Positions 1-10,248 of a stretch of 64,000 nt of DNA are shown piece after piece. The notes below the pieces were generated by a model that saw only the letters and a program-made list of their open reading frames with translations, was not told the DNA's origin and searched no databases. Origin of the DNA: an uncultured Pseudomonadota bacterium (GTDB taxonomy: Bacteria; Vulcanimicrobiota; Vulcanimicrobiia; Eremiobacterales; Eremiobacteraceae); the NCBI GenBank assembly GCA_963736005.1, contig CAVTNB010000001.1, positions 768,001 through 832,000 of the forward strand. Reading direction: 5' to 3'. Within the stretch, counting starts at the first letter, position 1, and every line of letters starts with the position of its first letter. The translations under genes were made by a program, and so were the position numbers.

Positions 1-107
1 ATCGGAGTCCGGTGAATGGCCGAGCGTGAGTTGTCGAATTCCGTCAGTCATGGCACCGCCGGTTCTCGCAGGGATTCTTCTTCTCCGCCGATAACAACGT
101 GAAAAGT

Positions 108-467
108 ATGAATCCACAAGAAACACCGGAAGCGCAAGCGGCCTCGGCTGCGGTCAACGAACCACTGACCGAAGAGCGGGTCCGCTCGGAGCTGCGCAAC
201 GTGGTCGATCCAGAAATCGGTATCGACATGGTGAGCCTCGGCCTGATTTACGGCGTCAAGATCGAGGGTACGGTCGTCTCGGTCACCATGACGCTCACCT
301 CACCAGGCTGTCCGGTAGCTGGCATGTTCATCAGCGCGGTGCATGCGGCACTGATGTCCATTCCTGGCGTGACCGATGCGAAAGTAGACTTGACGTTCGC
401 CCCACCGTGGGATCCACGAACCATGGCGAGCGAGGACGCCAAAATGATGATGGGGATCTACTACTAA
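108..467 (+). CDS. DUF59/SufT-like Fe-S cluster assembly protein
   Basis: Motifs VVDPEIGIDMVSLGLIY, MTLTSPGCP and PPWDP typical of DUF59; ATG at 108 chosen over GTG at 99. Confidence 0.9.
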   Translation: MNPQETPEAQAASAAVNEPLTEERVRSELRNVVDPEIGIDMVSLGLIYGVKIEGTVVSVTMTLTSPGCPVAGMFISAVHAALMSIPGVTDAKVDLTFAPPWDPRTMASEDAKMMMGIYY

Positions 468-1223
468 TTGCAGCGTGACAACGGCGCTCCGAGCGCCGTT
501 TCTATCCAGCATCTCACGAAGCGCTACAAAACCGTCACCGCGGTTGACGACCTCTCGTTCGAGGTTGCTCCTGGCGAGTTTTTTGGTTTTCTGGGGCCAA
601 ACGGCGCCGGCAAGACGACGACGATTAACGCCATGGTAGGCCTCGCGACGATTCAAGGCGGCAGCATCAGCATTTTTGGTCACGATGTCATCACCGATTA
701 TCGTCGCGCTCGGTCCCTCATTGGTTTGTCACCGCAAGAATTCAACTTCGATCGCTACCTGACGATCGAGGAAATCCTCATCTATCAGGGTGGTTACTAC
801 GGCATGCCGCTGGCTTCGGCGAAACCGCGGGCTCGCGAATTGCTCGATCAATTCGAACTCACAGACAAGCGGCGCAACAGCTACCTCGAACTCTCTGGTG
901 GAATGAAGCGGCGGCTCTCGCTTGCCCGAGCGCTCATTCACAGCCCAAAGCTGCTCATTTTGGACGAACCAACTGCCGGCATGGACGTTGAGCTGCGTTT
1001 GGAGCTATGGGATTTTCTCAAGATCATCAACGCCGGGGGCATGACGGTGTTCATGACCTCGCACTATATCGAAGAAGTCGAAATGTTGTGCAACCGGATT
1101 GGCATCGTTAATTATGGCAAACTCGTGGAACTAGAAGACAAAGCCGCGCTCATGGCACGGCACAGCGAGCAGTCACTGCAAGAGGTCTTCTTAGAACTCG
1201 TGGGACGTCGCACGCATGGTTAA
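468..1223 (+). CDS. ABC-2 type exporter ATP-binding protein (YadG-like)
   Basis: Walker A GPNGAGKTT, signature LSGGMKRR, Walker B LILDEPT. Confidence 0.93.
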   Translation: MQRDNGAPSAVSIQHLTKRYKTVTAVDDLSFEVAPGEFFGFLGPNGAGKTTTINAMVGLATIQGGSISIFGHDVITDYRRARSLIGLSPQEFNFDRYLTIEEILIYQGGYYGMPLASAKPRARELLDQFELTDKRRNSYLELSGGMKRRLSLARALIHSPKLLILDEPTAGMDVELRLELWDFLKIINAGGMTVFMTSHYIEEVEMLCNRIGIVNYGKLVELEDKAALMARHSEQSLQEVFLELVGRRTHG

Positions 1224-1980
1224 TTACGTCGGCTTGGGGACGCTCATTCGGCGCGAGCTCAAACGCACGTACATGGTGATCAATCAAGTTGTGTGGCCGC
1301 CGGTCATCACAACGTTGCTCTTCCTTTTCATTTTTGGCCTGTCCCTTGGATCGCGCATCAAAATTCTCGGCGGCGTGCCCTATGTCGAGTTTCTCTTGCC
1401 CGGACTGGTCATGCTCAACGTCATTTCGTCGAGTTACGACGAATCAGCGTCATCGCTGTTTCAGCAGCGCTTCATGAACTCAATTCAAGAACTTCTGATT
1501 GCTCCGCTCTCGTACATGGAACTTATCATGGGCTTCTTGACGGGCTCCGTCTTGCGAGGCCTGGTCATCGGCAATCTTGTCATGATCATTGGCCTCTTGC
1601 TCGTGCACGCGCACCCCAAAAACGCGCTGATTTACTTTTATTTCATGGTGATGACGGCGTTGCTCTTCTCTGCCGTTGGTATGATTGCAGGGTTGCTCGG
1701 TAAGACTTGGGACAATCTTGCTATCTTTACCACGTTCGTCATCACGCCGTTGACGTATATCGGCGGCGTTTTCTCAAGCATCGCACTGTTGCCGTCCATC
1801 TTTCGAAAAATTTCATTATTCAACCCAATGCTCTATATGATTGACGGCTTCCGCAGTTCGTACACTGGTGTTGTTGACGTGAGCCTCACAGCCGACGCCG
1901 CCGTCGTAACGATCTTGGCTTTCGCCGCACTCGCTATTGCCGTCGTGTTGACCAAGCGTGGAGTAAACTTGCGCGTCTAG
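1216..1980 (+). CDS. ABC-2 type exporter permease (YadH-like)
   Basis: About six hydrophobic segments, YVEFLLPGL and FNPMLYMIDGFR motifs, overlaps the ATPase gene. Confidence 0.9.
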   Translation: MVNYVGLGTLIRRELKRTYMVINQVVWPPVITTLLFLFIFGLSLGSRIKILGGVPYVEFLLPGLVMLNVISSSYDESASSLFQQRFMNSIQELLIAPLSYMELIMGFLTGSVLRGLVIGNLVMIIGLLLVHAHPKNALIYFYFMVMTALLFSAVGMIAGLLGKTWDNLAIFTTFVITPLTYIGGVFSSIALLPSIFRKISLFNPMLYMIDGFRSSYTGVVDVSLTADAAVVTILAFAALAIAVVLTKRGVNLRV

Positions 1981-2075
1981 GTCTTTTGTCCGATGTTTAT
2001 GGCACACCGGCGCGCGAAAATTAAGTTCGTCAATAACAAAAAGGAAGCAGACTCGAACGGCGGAACCACTCTGTT

Positions 2076-4439
2076 GTGCATTTAATTTTTCTCGCCTTAT
2101 GCTGCCTCATTAGTGGCAACGTGCATGCGCAATCCGGTGCGCCTTTGTCGCACGTGCGTATCGCTCTTTTGGGGGCTGCTTCGCTTGACACAACGAGCGA
2201 CGCGAAAGGAAATTTTTCCTTAAGCGCCCCCCAGGGAGCGTACGTCTTGAGCGCTTCGGTTCGGGGCTTTTCACCTGTTGCGATCGCACTAAAGGTCGAT
2301 CGCGATGTCACCGTGGATGTTGCGCTCGAAGCCCTCGACTCGCCGAAACTTCGCCAAATAGGAACGGTGACCGTCGATGGACGCCTCGCGCCGATTCGAG
2401 GAGTTATCCCATCGATCGATCTTACCCGATCGGATTTCGACCGGCTTGGTAACGATCGCCTCATCGAAGGGCTGCAAGCCCTACCTTCCGTTACCTTTTC
2501 GCGACCCAACGGCGGTTCGGCCGCTGCCATTTCGGTGCTTTCGCTCCGAGGGCCAGACCCTTCTGAGGCGCTCGACACGCTCGACGGCCAGCTGCTCAAT
2601 GATGGCAACACGGGCGATCTCGACCTCTCGCGCTTTCCGGTAGCGGCGTTTTCCTCGGTCGATCTCACCGAGGGCTTGGGACCTGAGGACGCTGAGGGCA
2701 GCAATACATTCGGTGGCGGGATTAACTTCGTCTCGCTGCGTCCGACGCAAGAACCCCACTATGCTTATTCGGTGTCGGGTGGGTCGTTTGGTCGCAGCGA
2801 AGTTTGGTTCAACACGACCGGCACCCAAGGACGCCTTGGCTACGGCGGCGCGCTCGACGATCAAAACGAGAGTGGCTTCGTCAATCAAACGGTCCAATTG
2901 TACCAGGCAACACCTCTTGGAACGACTCCCTCGCCGCCTCTTCCCGTTGCGCTTGGCTCGTCGGTTGCGTCGCACTTGGGACTCGCCAATCTCACCTGGA
3001 CGTTTTCGCAGAACGCCGATCTCAACGCTCGTGTCTTTGTGCTGGGCGACAACCGCGACGAAAGCAGCGCGCTCAACGGCATCGATGGTCACACGGGAGA
3101 TTCAACCTTCGGCCTTTTCATTGGACCCGGAGCGCAAACGTTTGGACAAACGATCCGCGCGTATATGCTCGATGGCCGGCTCCCGCTGGGTGCTGGCGAG
3201 TTGACGGCCTCCGCGCAAGAGAGCGATAACAATATCGCTATCAACGGTCAGAATTTTATTAATCCCTACAGCGTGAATCATCTCGACCATCGGTATAACG
3301 GGGCGCTGACGTGGCAACGGACCTTCGCAACGTCGCAATTTGCCTTGGGGGGTTACACGCGATACGAGAACCTTACGTTCGTCTCACCACCAGGCGCCGG
3401 GCCAGCGTCAGCTAATCTCGGCCAAACGATCGATGTTTTTTACGCGCGCGGGGGCTTTGCACCGACCGAGAAACTCCGTCTCGATGGCGGCGTATTTGAG
3501 TCGCGTTACACCTCGTTCGGGTCGAACCTAGATGGTCGTTTTGGCGCGATCTACAATATGGATCCAAGAACTGCGCTGCGCTTTTCGGTTGGCACAGGAT
3601 TTAGGGCGCCGTTACTGGCTGAGCTCTATCGGCTTTCGGCAACACAGCTGGCCCAGGACGCCAACGGTGTGTTTGTCGGACAGGGAAACCCAAACGAGCA
3701 CCCCGAGCACGCGACGCTGTACGAACTTGGCGTGTCGCACGAATTCTCGCCGGAATCGACGCTTGATTTCTCGCTGTATCGGACGAATCTGCGCAACCCC
3801 ATCGAGGTCTTCTATCCGCTCAATGCCACTGCGCCGCCGCCCGGCCCAAATTGTCTGAGTCCGAGCAACACCCCGCTCACCCCATTTCCGGGCTGCTTCT
3901 CATACAATAGCAACGTCGGAACCGCGGTGTATCAGGGCACTGAGATTCGATTCGTCAGCCGCTTCGTGCCGCAACATCTTTTCCTCACCGCGCTGTATGG
4001 CATCAACGTTGCGTATCCGTCTAATTTCACTGCGGAGTTTTCAAATCCAACCTCCGGGGGCAGCCTTGTCGACAACGCCCAGTTCCTAGGCATCCCACAG
4101 CAACAGGGATCTCTCCAGCTTGACTGGGCCAGCAGCGGATGGCACGCCTCCGCCGCTTCGATCTTCCGGGGTAGGAATAACGAGCTCAGCGTGCCGCCAT
4201 TTATGATTGTCAACGCCATGCTCGGCAAACAGGTGAGCCGGCACGTCGACCTATCGCTTGCCGGCACAAACCTTTTCAACGCAGCAGGGGGTCCGTTTAC
4301 CGTGTTCGGGGCCGGCGTGCCCTACCGAGGAGTTGTTGGTCAAGACGCGAGCCTCAATCCGATCTATGGTCCGTTGCCCACGGATGCACGTCACATCGAG
4401 CCTGCGGGCGTTCGACTGATCCTCACCGTTCGCGACTAA
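2076..4439 (+). CDS. TonB-dependent receptor with N-terminal carboxypeptidase-regulatory-like domain
   Basis: Signal peptide, TTSDAKGNF domain, plug-like LRG..LDGQLLN segment, barrel motifs GTGFRAP and GNPNEHPE. Confidence 0.85.
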   Translation: MHLIFLALCCLISGNVHAQSGAPLSHVRIALLGAASLDTTSDAKGNFSLSAPQGAYVLSASVRGFSPVAIALKVDRDVTVDVALEALDSPKLRQIGTVTVDGRLAPIRGVIPSIDLTRSDFDRLGNDRLIEGLQALPSVTFSRPNGGSAAAISVLSLRGPDPSEALDTLDGQLLNDGNTGDLDLSRFPVAAFSSVDLTEGLGPEDAEGSNTFGGGINFVSLRPTQEPHYAYSVSGGSFGRSEVWFNTTGTQGRLGYGGALDDQNESGFVNQTVQLYQATPLGTTPSPPLPVALGSSVASHLGLANLTWTFSQNADLNARVFVLGDNRDESSALNGIDGHTGDSTFGLFIGPGAQTFGQTIRAYMLDGRLPLGAGELTASAQESDNNIAINGQNFINPYSVNHLDHRYNGALTWQRTFATSQFALGGYTRYENLTFVSPPGAGPASANLGQTIDVFYARGGFAPTEKLRLDGGVFESRYTSFGSNLDGRFGAIYNMDPRTALRFSVGTGFRAPLLAELYRLSATQLAQDANGVFVGQGNPNEHPEHATLYELGVSHEFSPESTLDFSLYRTNLRNPIEVFYPLNATAPPPGPNCLSPSNTPLTPFPGCFSYNSNVGTAVYQGTEIRFVSRFVPQHLFLTALYGINVAYPSNFTAEFSNPTSGGSLVDNAQFLGIPQQQGSLQLDWASSGWHASAASIFRGRNNELSVPPFMIVNAMLGKQVSRHVDLSLAGTNLFNAAGGPFTVFGAGVPYRGVVGQDASLNPIYGPLPTDARHIEPAGVRLILTVRD

Positions 4440-4885
4440 CGAGTCTCTTTTTCAATCGCCGCCAAAGAGCGGCCTTCGAAATCTTCGATCTGCTGGCGGC
4501 GCAGGTCTGAGACCTGGATCGACTTTCCCTTCGCGTAGTCGAACATGACTTGGATGGACGTCATTTCAAAAACCAGCTGACCGGTGTTGGCGTTACGGAC
4601 TTCATGCTCCATCACAAAGCTCGAGCGGCGCAGCTCCGTTACCCGGCAGCCCGCGATCAAATCATCACCCAGCTCCGCAGACAATCGATAGCGAGCCGTC
4701 AACTCCGCCAAGACAAAATCGAACTGCTCAAGCTTCTCGATGCCCGTCACCTTCATCCAATACTCGGTTCGAGCTGCCTCGGCGTACGATAAATAGACGG
4801 CATGATTGACGTGGCGCATTCCGTCAAGGTCGCGAAACATGACTTTGATTGGGCGAAGGAGCCTAAATCGATTTTCTTCCGGCAC
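4436..4885 (-). CDS. Acyl-CoA thioesterase (4HBT/YbgC hotdog family)
   Basis: FRDLDGMRHVNHAVYLSYAEAAR motif. Confidence 0.9.
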   Translation of the reverse strand: MPEENRFRLLRPIKVMFRDLDGMRHVNHAVYLSYAEAARTEYWMKVTGIEKLEQFDFVLAELTARYRLSAELGDDLIAGCRVTELRRSSFVMEHEVRNANTGQLVFEMTSIQVMFDYAKGKSIQVSDLRRQQIEDFEGRSLAAIEKETR

Positions 4886-4906
4886 GAAGTCGAACGAAGC
4901 GTTCGG

Positions 4907-5287
4907 CTAGGCGGACTTCTTCATTGGCGCTTCGCCCAGCGGCGACGGAACGATTTCTTGCCGCGCCAGCAGCGTTTCGGAGTTGGCGACCGCCCAGTTG
5001 TGAAGCTGCTGCAAGATGGGCAGCAGACTTCGCCCCAGCGCCGTGAGCGAGTACTCGACCCGCGGCGGTATTTCGGCATACGCTTTGCGCGTCACAAGGC
5101 CATCATGCTCGAGATCGCGCAGCTGGCGCGTCAGGACTTTTGGCGTTACTCCCTGCATGGCGCGCTGCAACTCCCGAAAGCGCATGGTACCCTCGCCCAA
5201 GTTGGCGATGACGATGACCTTCCACTTGTCAGCGATCATCGCAATGGTTCTTTGTATGGGGCACGTGAGCTTGGTGGAGTAGGTCAT
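4907..5287 (-). CDS. HxlR-family winged-helix transcriptional regulator
   Basis: CPI..IADKWK and EIPPRVEYSLT motifs. Confidence 0.92.
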   Translation of the reverse strand: MTYSTKLTCPIQRTIAMIADKWKVIVIANLGEGTMRFRELQRAMQGVTPKVLTRQLRDLEHDGLVTRKAYAEIPPRVEYSLTALGRSLLPILQQLHNWAVANSETLLARQEIVPSPLGEAPMKKSA

Positions 5288-5449
5288 CTGGAGGTCTCCT
5301 GCCGCGACTGGCGATGGGGGCAGGCTAAGTTCCTTTTGGCCCCACGCTTTCCTTTTGGACCTGATTGGTTGGTGGCAGATTTAGCGGTGGGTATTGCATG
5401 ACAACGTGTCCCGGCATCGCTGCGCGAGGATCGACGGTACGTCGCCGCT

Positions 5450-5528
5450 GGCGATTTCGGGCGATTTCGGGCGATTTGACAATCGCCCACTACATTTTCC
5501 TTTGGGCTATTTGACAATCGTCCGCTAC
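5450..5528 (-). repeat. REP family A cluster (two hairpins plus a tandem GGCGATTTCG stutter)
   Basis: GGGCGATTTGACAATCGCCC-ACTAC at 5469-5493 and a degenerate copy at 5504-5528. Confidence 0.8.
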
Positions 5529-5902
5529 ATTTTTTTTATTACGAGCGCTCTTGCCTCGGACGCAAACCGATCGTACGCTCCGGCGAGTGATGCTGCCCAA
5601 CCGTCTATTGGTTCGCGCGGACCCGTTGCCAATTTTGTTTGCAGGTCTGCCGCGATTGTGGTTAGCTCTTCAGCGCCGATGTTCGCACAGACGCCTTTGA
5701 TCTCGTGGGCTAGAGCGTGGGCGTCATTTGATCTCCCGGCGGCCAGCTCGATTCGGAGGCGCTCGACGAGCGTTTTGAGCGAGACAATGGCCAGCTCTAG
5801 GATTTCTGAGATCGATACCCGGTCGGTGCCGAGCAATTCAACCAATCGATCGGGGTTGAGGGCCGCTCGACCCGCTAGAGGTCTGTGACTCGGCTCATAC
5901 AT
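5525..5902 (-). CDS. Hpt (histidine phosphotransfer) domain protein
   Basis: AHALAHEIKGVCANIGAEEL Hpt motif; start re-assigned to ATG at 5902. Confidence 0.8.
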   Translation of the reverse strand: MYEPSHRPLAGRAALNPDRLVELLGTDRVSISEILELAIVSLKTLVERLRIELAAGRSNDAHALAHEIKGVCANIGAEELTTIAADLQTKLATGPREPIDGWAASLAGAYDRFASEARALVIKKM

Positions 5903-5948
5903 TCTTCGTACAAAGACTCGTCGTTCTGATGCGGGACCGATAACTTCT

Positions 5949-7091
5949 ATGAGCAACGTATTGGACGGTTTCACTGTGCGGCAACCTATCAAACCTCTTG
6001 TCATCGCGCGCGAGCAACGCCCGGCTTTTGCATCTGGCATTGCTGTTTCTTTTACTGTTCTTATTGTCGACGACAGCAACGTAAACCTTAAGCTCTACGA
6101 GAAGCTCGTGAAGAGCGTTGGGTGCGGCGATGCTGCCTGTTTTAGCACGTCGGCCAGCGCGCTCGCATGGGTTGGCGACCACGACGTCGATCTGATCATC
6201 GTCGACTACAAAATGGCAGCGCCGGATGGTTTGAAGTTTATCCAACTCATTCGCAAGATGGCGGACAAGGAACACGTGCCGATTTTGATGGTCACTGCTG
6301 ATCAGGCAAAACAGGTTCGGCGCGCCGCTCTTGAATTGGGTGCGAACGATTTTCTCGCCAAGCCTATCGACCCCGACGAGTTCACCGCTCGGATCAAAAA
6401 CATGCTGAGCTTGCGCCAGAGCCAAAAGCAGCTCGCAGAAACTGCTTCATGGCTCGCCGATCAGGTGAATGCTGCGACTGCCGAACTCGTCGCGCGCGAG
6501 CGCGAAACAATTCTCACGCTTTCGATGGCGGCGGAACGGCGCGATCCCGAAACGCCTTCCCACCTCGCTCGGATGGCTCACTATTGCGAGAGCATTGCTC
6601 GTGCCGCGGGCTTACCTAAGCCGAAGCAAGAGCTGATTTTGGCAACTGCCCCGCTCCACGACATCGGAAAGATCGGTGTCCCAGATCATGTTCTTCAGAA
6701 GACAGGGAAACTGACGCCCGCCGAATTTGCCTTGATGAAACGCCACACGATCATTGGGTATGAAATTCTGAAGCACGGCCGCTCGAGCACCATGCAAATG
6801 GCGGCACAAATCGCGCTCACCCACCATGAGCGCTTTGATGGATCGGGTTATCCACACGCTTTACGCGGCGACCAGATACCTCTCGTCGGTCGCATCTGCG
6901 GTGTCAGCGACGTCTTTGACGCGCTGACCTCGGCGCGATCATACAAGGAATCCTGGCCCGTTAAGGACGCGATCGCCGAGATCAATGCAGGCTCTGGCCG
7001 CCAGTTCGACCCGGAAATCGTCTCGGCGTTTAACGCCGTTTTGCCCGAGATCGCAGACATTAAGAGGAGATTCCCGGAGGAACGAGGCTGA
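5949..7091 (+). CDS. REC + HD-GYP response regulator (RpfG-like c-di-GMP phosphodiesterase)
   Basis: REC (IVDD, IIVDYKM, FLAKP); HDIGKIG and HHERFDGSGYP motifs; true start may be downstream. Confidence 0.92.
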   Translation: MSNVLDGFTVRQPIKPLVIAREQRPAFASGIAVSFTVLIVDDSNVNLKLYEKLVKSVGCGDAACFSTSASALAWVGDHDVDLIIVDYKMAAPDGLKFIQLIRKMADKEHVPILMVTADQAKQVRRAALELGANDFLAKPIDPDEFTARIKNMLSLRQSQKQLAETASWLADQVNAATAELVARERETILTLSMAAERRDPETPSHLARMAHYCESIARAAGLPKPKQELILATAPLHDIGKIGVPDHVLQKTGKLTPAEFALMKRHTIIGYEILKHGRSSTMQMAAQIALTHHERFDGSGYPHALRGDQIPLVGRICGVSDVFDALTSARSYKESWPVKDAIAEINAGSGRQFDPEIVSAFNAVLPEIADIKRRFPEERG

Positions 7092-7096
7092 CGCTT

Positions 7097-10000
7097 GTGT
7101 CCTTAAAGCTCAGCCACAAACTGCTCATCATCACTGCGGTTCCCCTCGCGTTCATCTTGGCGCTGCTGTTTGCAGTGGACCAGATGCACGACCGGGTCGC
7201 CTCGGCCGAATACTACGCCCAGCGCTCCGAACTGGTCATCGTCCAAGCTCAATCACTTTCCCGCAACTTAGCGCGCGCCGAATCAAGTATTCGAGGTTAC
7301 GCCTTGACGGGAGACCCGAAACTTGCCGAGCCCTACCAGGCCGCGGCTGTCGATATTCCCGATCAATCCGATCGACTCAAGCAGCTGGTCAGCGAGAATG
7401 AAGACCAAGAACTAGCGGCAGCGCGGCTGGCTCAGCTCGCGCATCGGATCTTAGGTTCGCTCGCGCAGGTCCGGATCGTGGCGGACGCGAGCGGCAAGAA
7501 CCGACCACACGTTCAAGCCGCCGTGATCGCAAGTGGCGAGCTCAACGACCTGTTCGTGAATACCATGGAGCAATTTATTGCGGACGAACGCCGTTTAAGC
7601 GCGATTCGCGACGGCGACCTGCAAGGTGCGTGGCATCAGTTTGACGTGTTGTTGGTTGCCGGCGCGGTCGCGGCATGTTTTTTGACCCTCGCCCTCATGG
7701 CACTGTTCAGTCAAACGACGGCGCGACGACTGTCGATGCTAAGCCAAGCAGCCCAGCGCTTCGCGGCAAGTGGCGAGGTGGGGCCGCAGGTTGGCGGCAA
7801 CGATGAGGTGGCACAGGTCGACGAAGCGTTTCATGCCATGGCCGCGGTGCTCAAAGAACGCCAGGCAACGCTCGCGATGTACAAGTTGCTTTCTCAGCAC
7901 GCCCGCGACGCGATGATTTTTGCCCGCCGGAGCGATGGTCGCGTCATGGAGGCCAACGACGCCGCGCTTCAGATGTACGGATACACTCGCAGGGAAATCC
8001 TCTCACTCCGCGTGCACGATCTCCGCGATCCTGCGGATCTTGCAACCCTCGAGTCGACCCTGGCCGAAGCCGAACGCGGCGGCGTAATCTATGAGACAAG
8101 AAACAAGCGCAAAGATGGCTCGATCTTCCCAGTCGAGGTGGGGGCCCAAGGCGCCATCATTGGGGGAGAGCGTACGATCATGGGCATTGTCCGCGACATT
8201 ACCGAGCGCAAACAGTTCGAGCGCGAACGCCAACGCTATTTCGATCTCTCGATCGATCCCATGTGCGTCGCTCACATCGGCGGAAAATTCGTTCGAGTCA
8301 ATGCAGCCTTCGCAAACATTCTCGGATTCACGCAAGACGAACTGCTCGCTACGCCCTTTAGCGATCTCGTTCATCCCGATGACAGCGCGCTGCGAATGGA
8401 ACAACTGCGAAAACTGGAAGCTGGGGAGAAAGTGGTCGGCTTCGAGGTCCGTTGTCGCCGCAAAGACGGCACCTATGTGTGTTTGGTTTGGGATGCGGTG
8501 CCAGCGGGAGAAGGTGATCTCGTTTACGCCATGGGCCGCGACGTCACCGAACAGAAGGCCGCAGAGACCGCTCTTGCTCAAGCCAAAGACAAGGCAACCG
8601 AAGCGTCTCGCCTCAAGTCCCAATTTCTCGCCAACATGAGTCACGAGATCCGCACCCCGATGAACGGCGTCATCGGCATGACGGAACTTCTTCTTTCGAC
8701 CCCTCTCTCACGCGAGCAAAACGAATACGCAGGCGCAATCCGCGAGTCTGGGGCAGCATTGCTGGCAATCATCAACGAGATTTTGGATTTTTCCAAACTC
8801 GAAGCGGGAAGGCTCGATTTGGAGATTTCGGAATTTTCGCCGACCGCTGCGGCGGAGAGCGTCGCCGATCTGCTGGCCTCCCAGGCTCGTCAAAAATCGC
8901 TCGCCGTCCAGTCGTTTGTCGCAGCGGACGTGCCGCGCTCGTTGCGCGGCGATCCGGGCCGGCTGCGTCAAGTCCTCATCAATCTGGTTGGCAACGCCAT
9001 AAAATTTACCGACGTCGGCCGCGTCACACTGCGCGTCACCAGCGAAGCGACACAAGGCAACGGGGTGACGTTGAAATTTGCGGTTACCGACACAGGCGTC
9101 GGCATCCCTGTTGCGGCTCGATCGCGGCTCTTCCAGCCGTTCGTTCAGGCAGACGGTTCGGCTGCCCGATACGCCGGAGGCACCGGCCTTGGTCTTTCTA
9201 TCTGCAAGCGGCTTGTGGAACTCATGCACGGCGAAATTGGTTTTGAAAGCGAGCAGGGGAAGGGCTCGACCTTTACGTTCACGGCTCAGTTTGCAAGAAG
9301 CACGGTTGCTACGGCGGAGCCGCCCCGCACAGAACTGCAAGGCCATCGCGCGTTGGTCGTCGACGACGACCCCATCGCGAGAGAGATCATCCACGCCTAT
9401 GTCGTTTCCTGGGGAATGCGGGCAGAGGGCGTTGCGAGTGGCGGCGAGGCGCTCAACATGCTTCGCAAGGCCGTGCAGACAGGCGATCCTTACGATATTG
9501 CGATCGTCGATTTTTGGATGCCGCAGATGAACGGACTTACCTTGGCACGCAACGTCCGCTCCGACTCGACGCTGAGCCACACAAAGCTCATCCTCATGAC
9601 CGCCTTCGATGCAAATTTGCACCGCAATGAGGCAACCCGCGCCGGCTTCGCCGCTTACCTTACCAAACCAGTCAAGCAATCGCAGCTGTTCATGAGCATT
9701 TCGTCAGCAATTCGTCATGGCAATGCCGGCACGCCCGATGCCGCGGTGACCGCCACCATCCTCGAGCAGCTCGAACCGCGCCCCGGAGCGCTTGCATCGG
9801 CGAGGATTCTCGTCGCCGAGGACAACCTCATCAATCAGAAGCTCTCCGCGGCTCAACTGAAACGGCTAGGCCTTGACGCTGATGTTGTCAAGAATGGCCA
9901 GGAAGCAGTCGACGCGCTCAAGACCAAAGACTACGCACTCGTCCTCATGGACTGCCAAATGCCCGGCATGGATGGTTTCGAGGCAACTCGTATGGTGCGC

Positions 10001-10192
10001 GCATCCGAATTGGGCACGAGAAAGCACACGACTATTGTTGCCATCACGGCCAACGCGCTGGATGGGGATCGCGAAGTCTGCGTCGCCGCGGGCATGGACG
10101 ACTACCTCTCCAAGCCGGTGCAGCTTGACGCCCTGCGGGCGCTTGTGCAGCGCTGGTTGCCAGGCTTCGGCAAAGAGACCGCAAGCGCATAA
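7097..10192 (+). CDS. Hybrid sensor histidine kinase (CHASE3-HAMP-PAS-PAS-HisKA-HATPase-REC-REC)
   Basis: AESSIRGYALTGD (CHASE3), two PAS domains, FLANMSHEIRTPMNG, GGTGLGL, two receiver domains. Confidence 0.93.
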   Translation: MSLKLSHKLLIITAVPLAFILALLFAVDQMHDRVASAEYYAQRSELVIVQAQSLSRNLARAESSIRGYALTGDPKLAEPYQAAAVDIPDQSDRLKQLVSENEDQELAAARLAQLAHRILGSLAQVRIVADASGKNRPHVQAAVIASGELNDLFVNTMEQFIADERRLSAIRDGDLQGAWHQFDVLLVAGAVAACFLTLALMALFSQTTARRLSMLSQAAQRFAASGEVGPQVGGNDEVAQVDEAFHAMAAVLKERQATLAMYKLLSQHARDAMIFARRSDGRVMEANDAALQMYGYTRREILSLRVHDLRDPADLATLESTLAEAERGGVIYETRNKRKDGSIFPVEVGAQGAIIGGERTIMGIVRDITERKQFERERQRYFDLSIDPMCVAHIGGKFVRVNAAFANILGFTQDELLATPFSDLVHPDDSALRMEQLRKLEAGEKVVGFEVRCRRKDGTYVCLVWDAVPAGEGDLVYAMGRDVTEQKAAETALAQAKDKATEASRLKSQFLANMSHEIRTPMNGVIGMTELLLSTPLSREQNEYAGAIRESGAALLAIINEILDFSKLEAGRLDLEISEFSPTAAAESVADLLASQARQKSLAVQSFVAADVPRSLRGDPGRLRQVLINLVGNAIKFTDVGRVTLRVTSEATQGNGVTLKFAVTDTGVGIPVAARSRLFQPFVQADGSAARYAGGTGLGLSICKRLVELMHGEIGFESEQGKGSTFTFTAQFARSTVATAEPPRTELQGHRALVVDDDPIAREIIHAYVVSWGMRAEGVASGGEALNMLRKAVQTGDPYDIAIVDFWMPQMNGLTLARNVRSDSTLSHTKLILMTAFDANLHRNEATRAGFAAYLTKPVKQSQLFMSISSAIRHGNAGTPDAAVTATILEQLEPRPGALASARILVAEDNLINQKLSAAQLKRLGLDADVVKNGQEAVDALKTKDYALVLMDCQMPGMDGFEATRMVRASELGTRKHTTIVAITANALDGDREVCVAAGMDDYLSKPVQLDALRALVQRWLPGFGKETASA

Positions 10193-10193
10193 T

Positions 10194-10247
10194 GTAGTGT
10201 CACGAATTTATTCGTGACAAGAAGCGCGAATAAATTCGCGCGACTAC
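10194..10247. repeat. Inverted doublet of REP family B (REPIN-like) between convergent genes
   Basis: GTAGTGTCACGAATTTATTCGTGAC followed by GCGCGAATAAATTCGCGCGACTAC. Confidence 0.8.
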
Positions 10248-10248
10248 G

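Noticed and set aside
5299..5325. GCGACTGGCGA resembling the ZTP riboswitch 5' motif
   Set aside because: No P2 helix or downstream CGCCTGGGC element and no suitable downstream gene
8003..9679. Long antisense ORFs (8003-8644, 8708-9679 and similar ones elsewhere)
   Set aside because: Shadow ORFs expected opposite real genes in GC-rich DNA; no recognisable motifs
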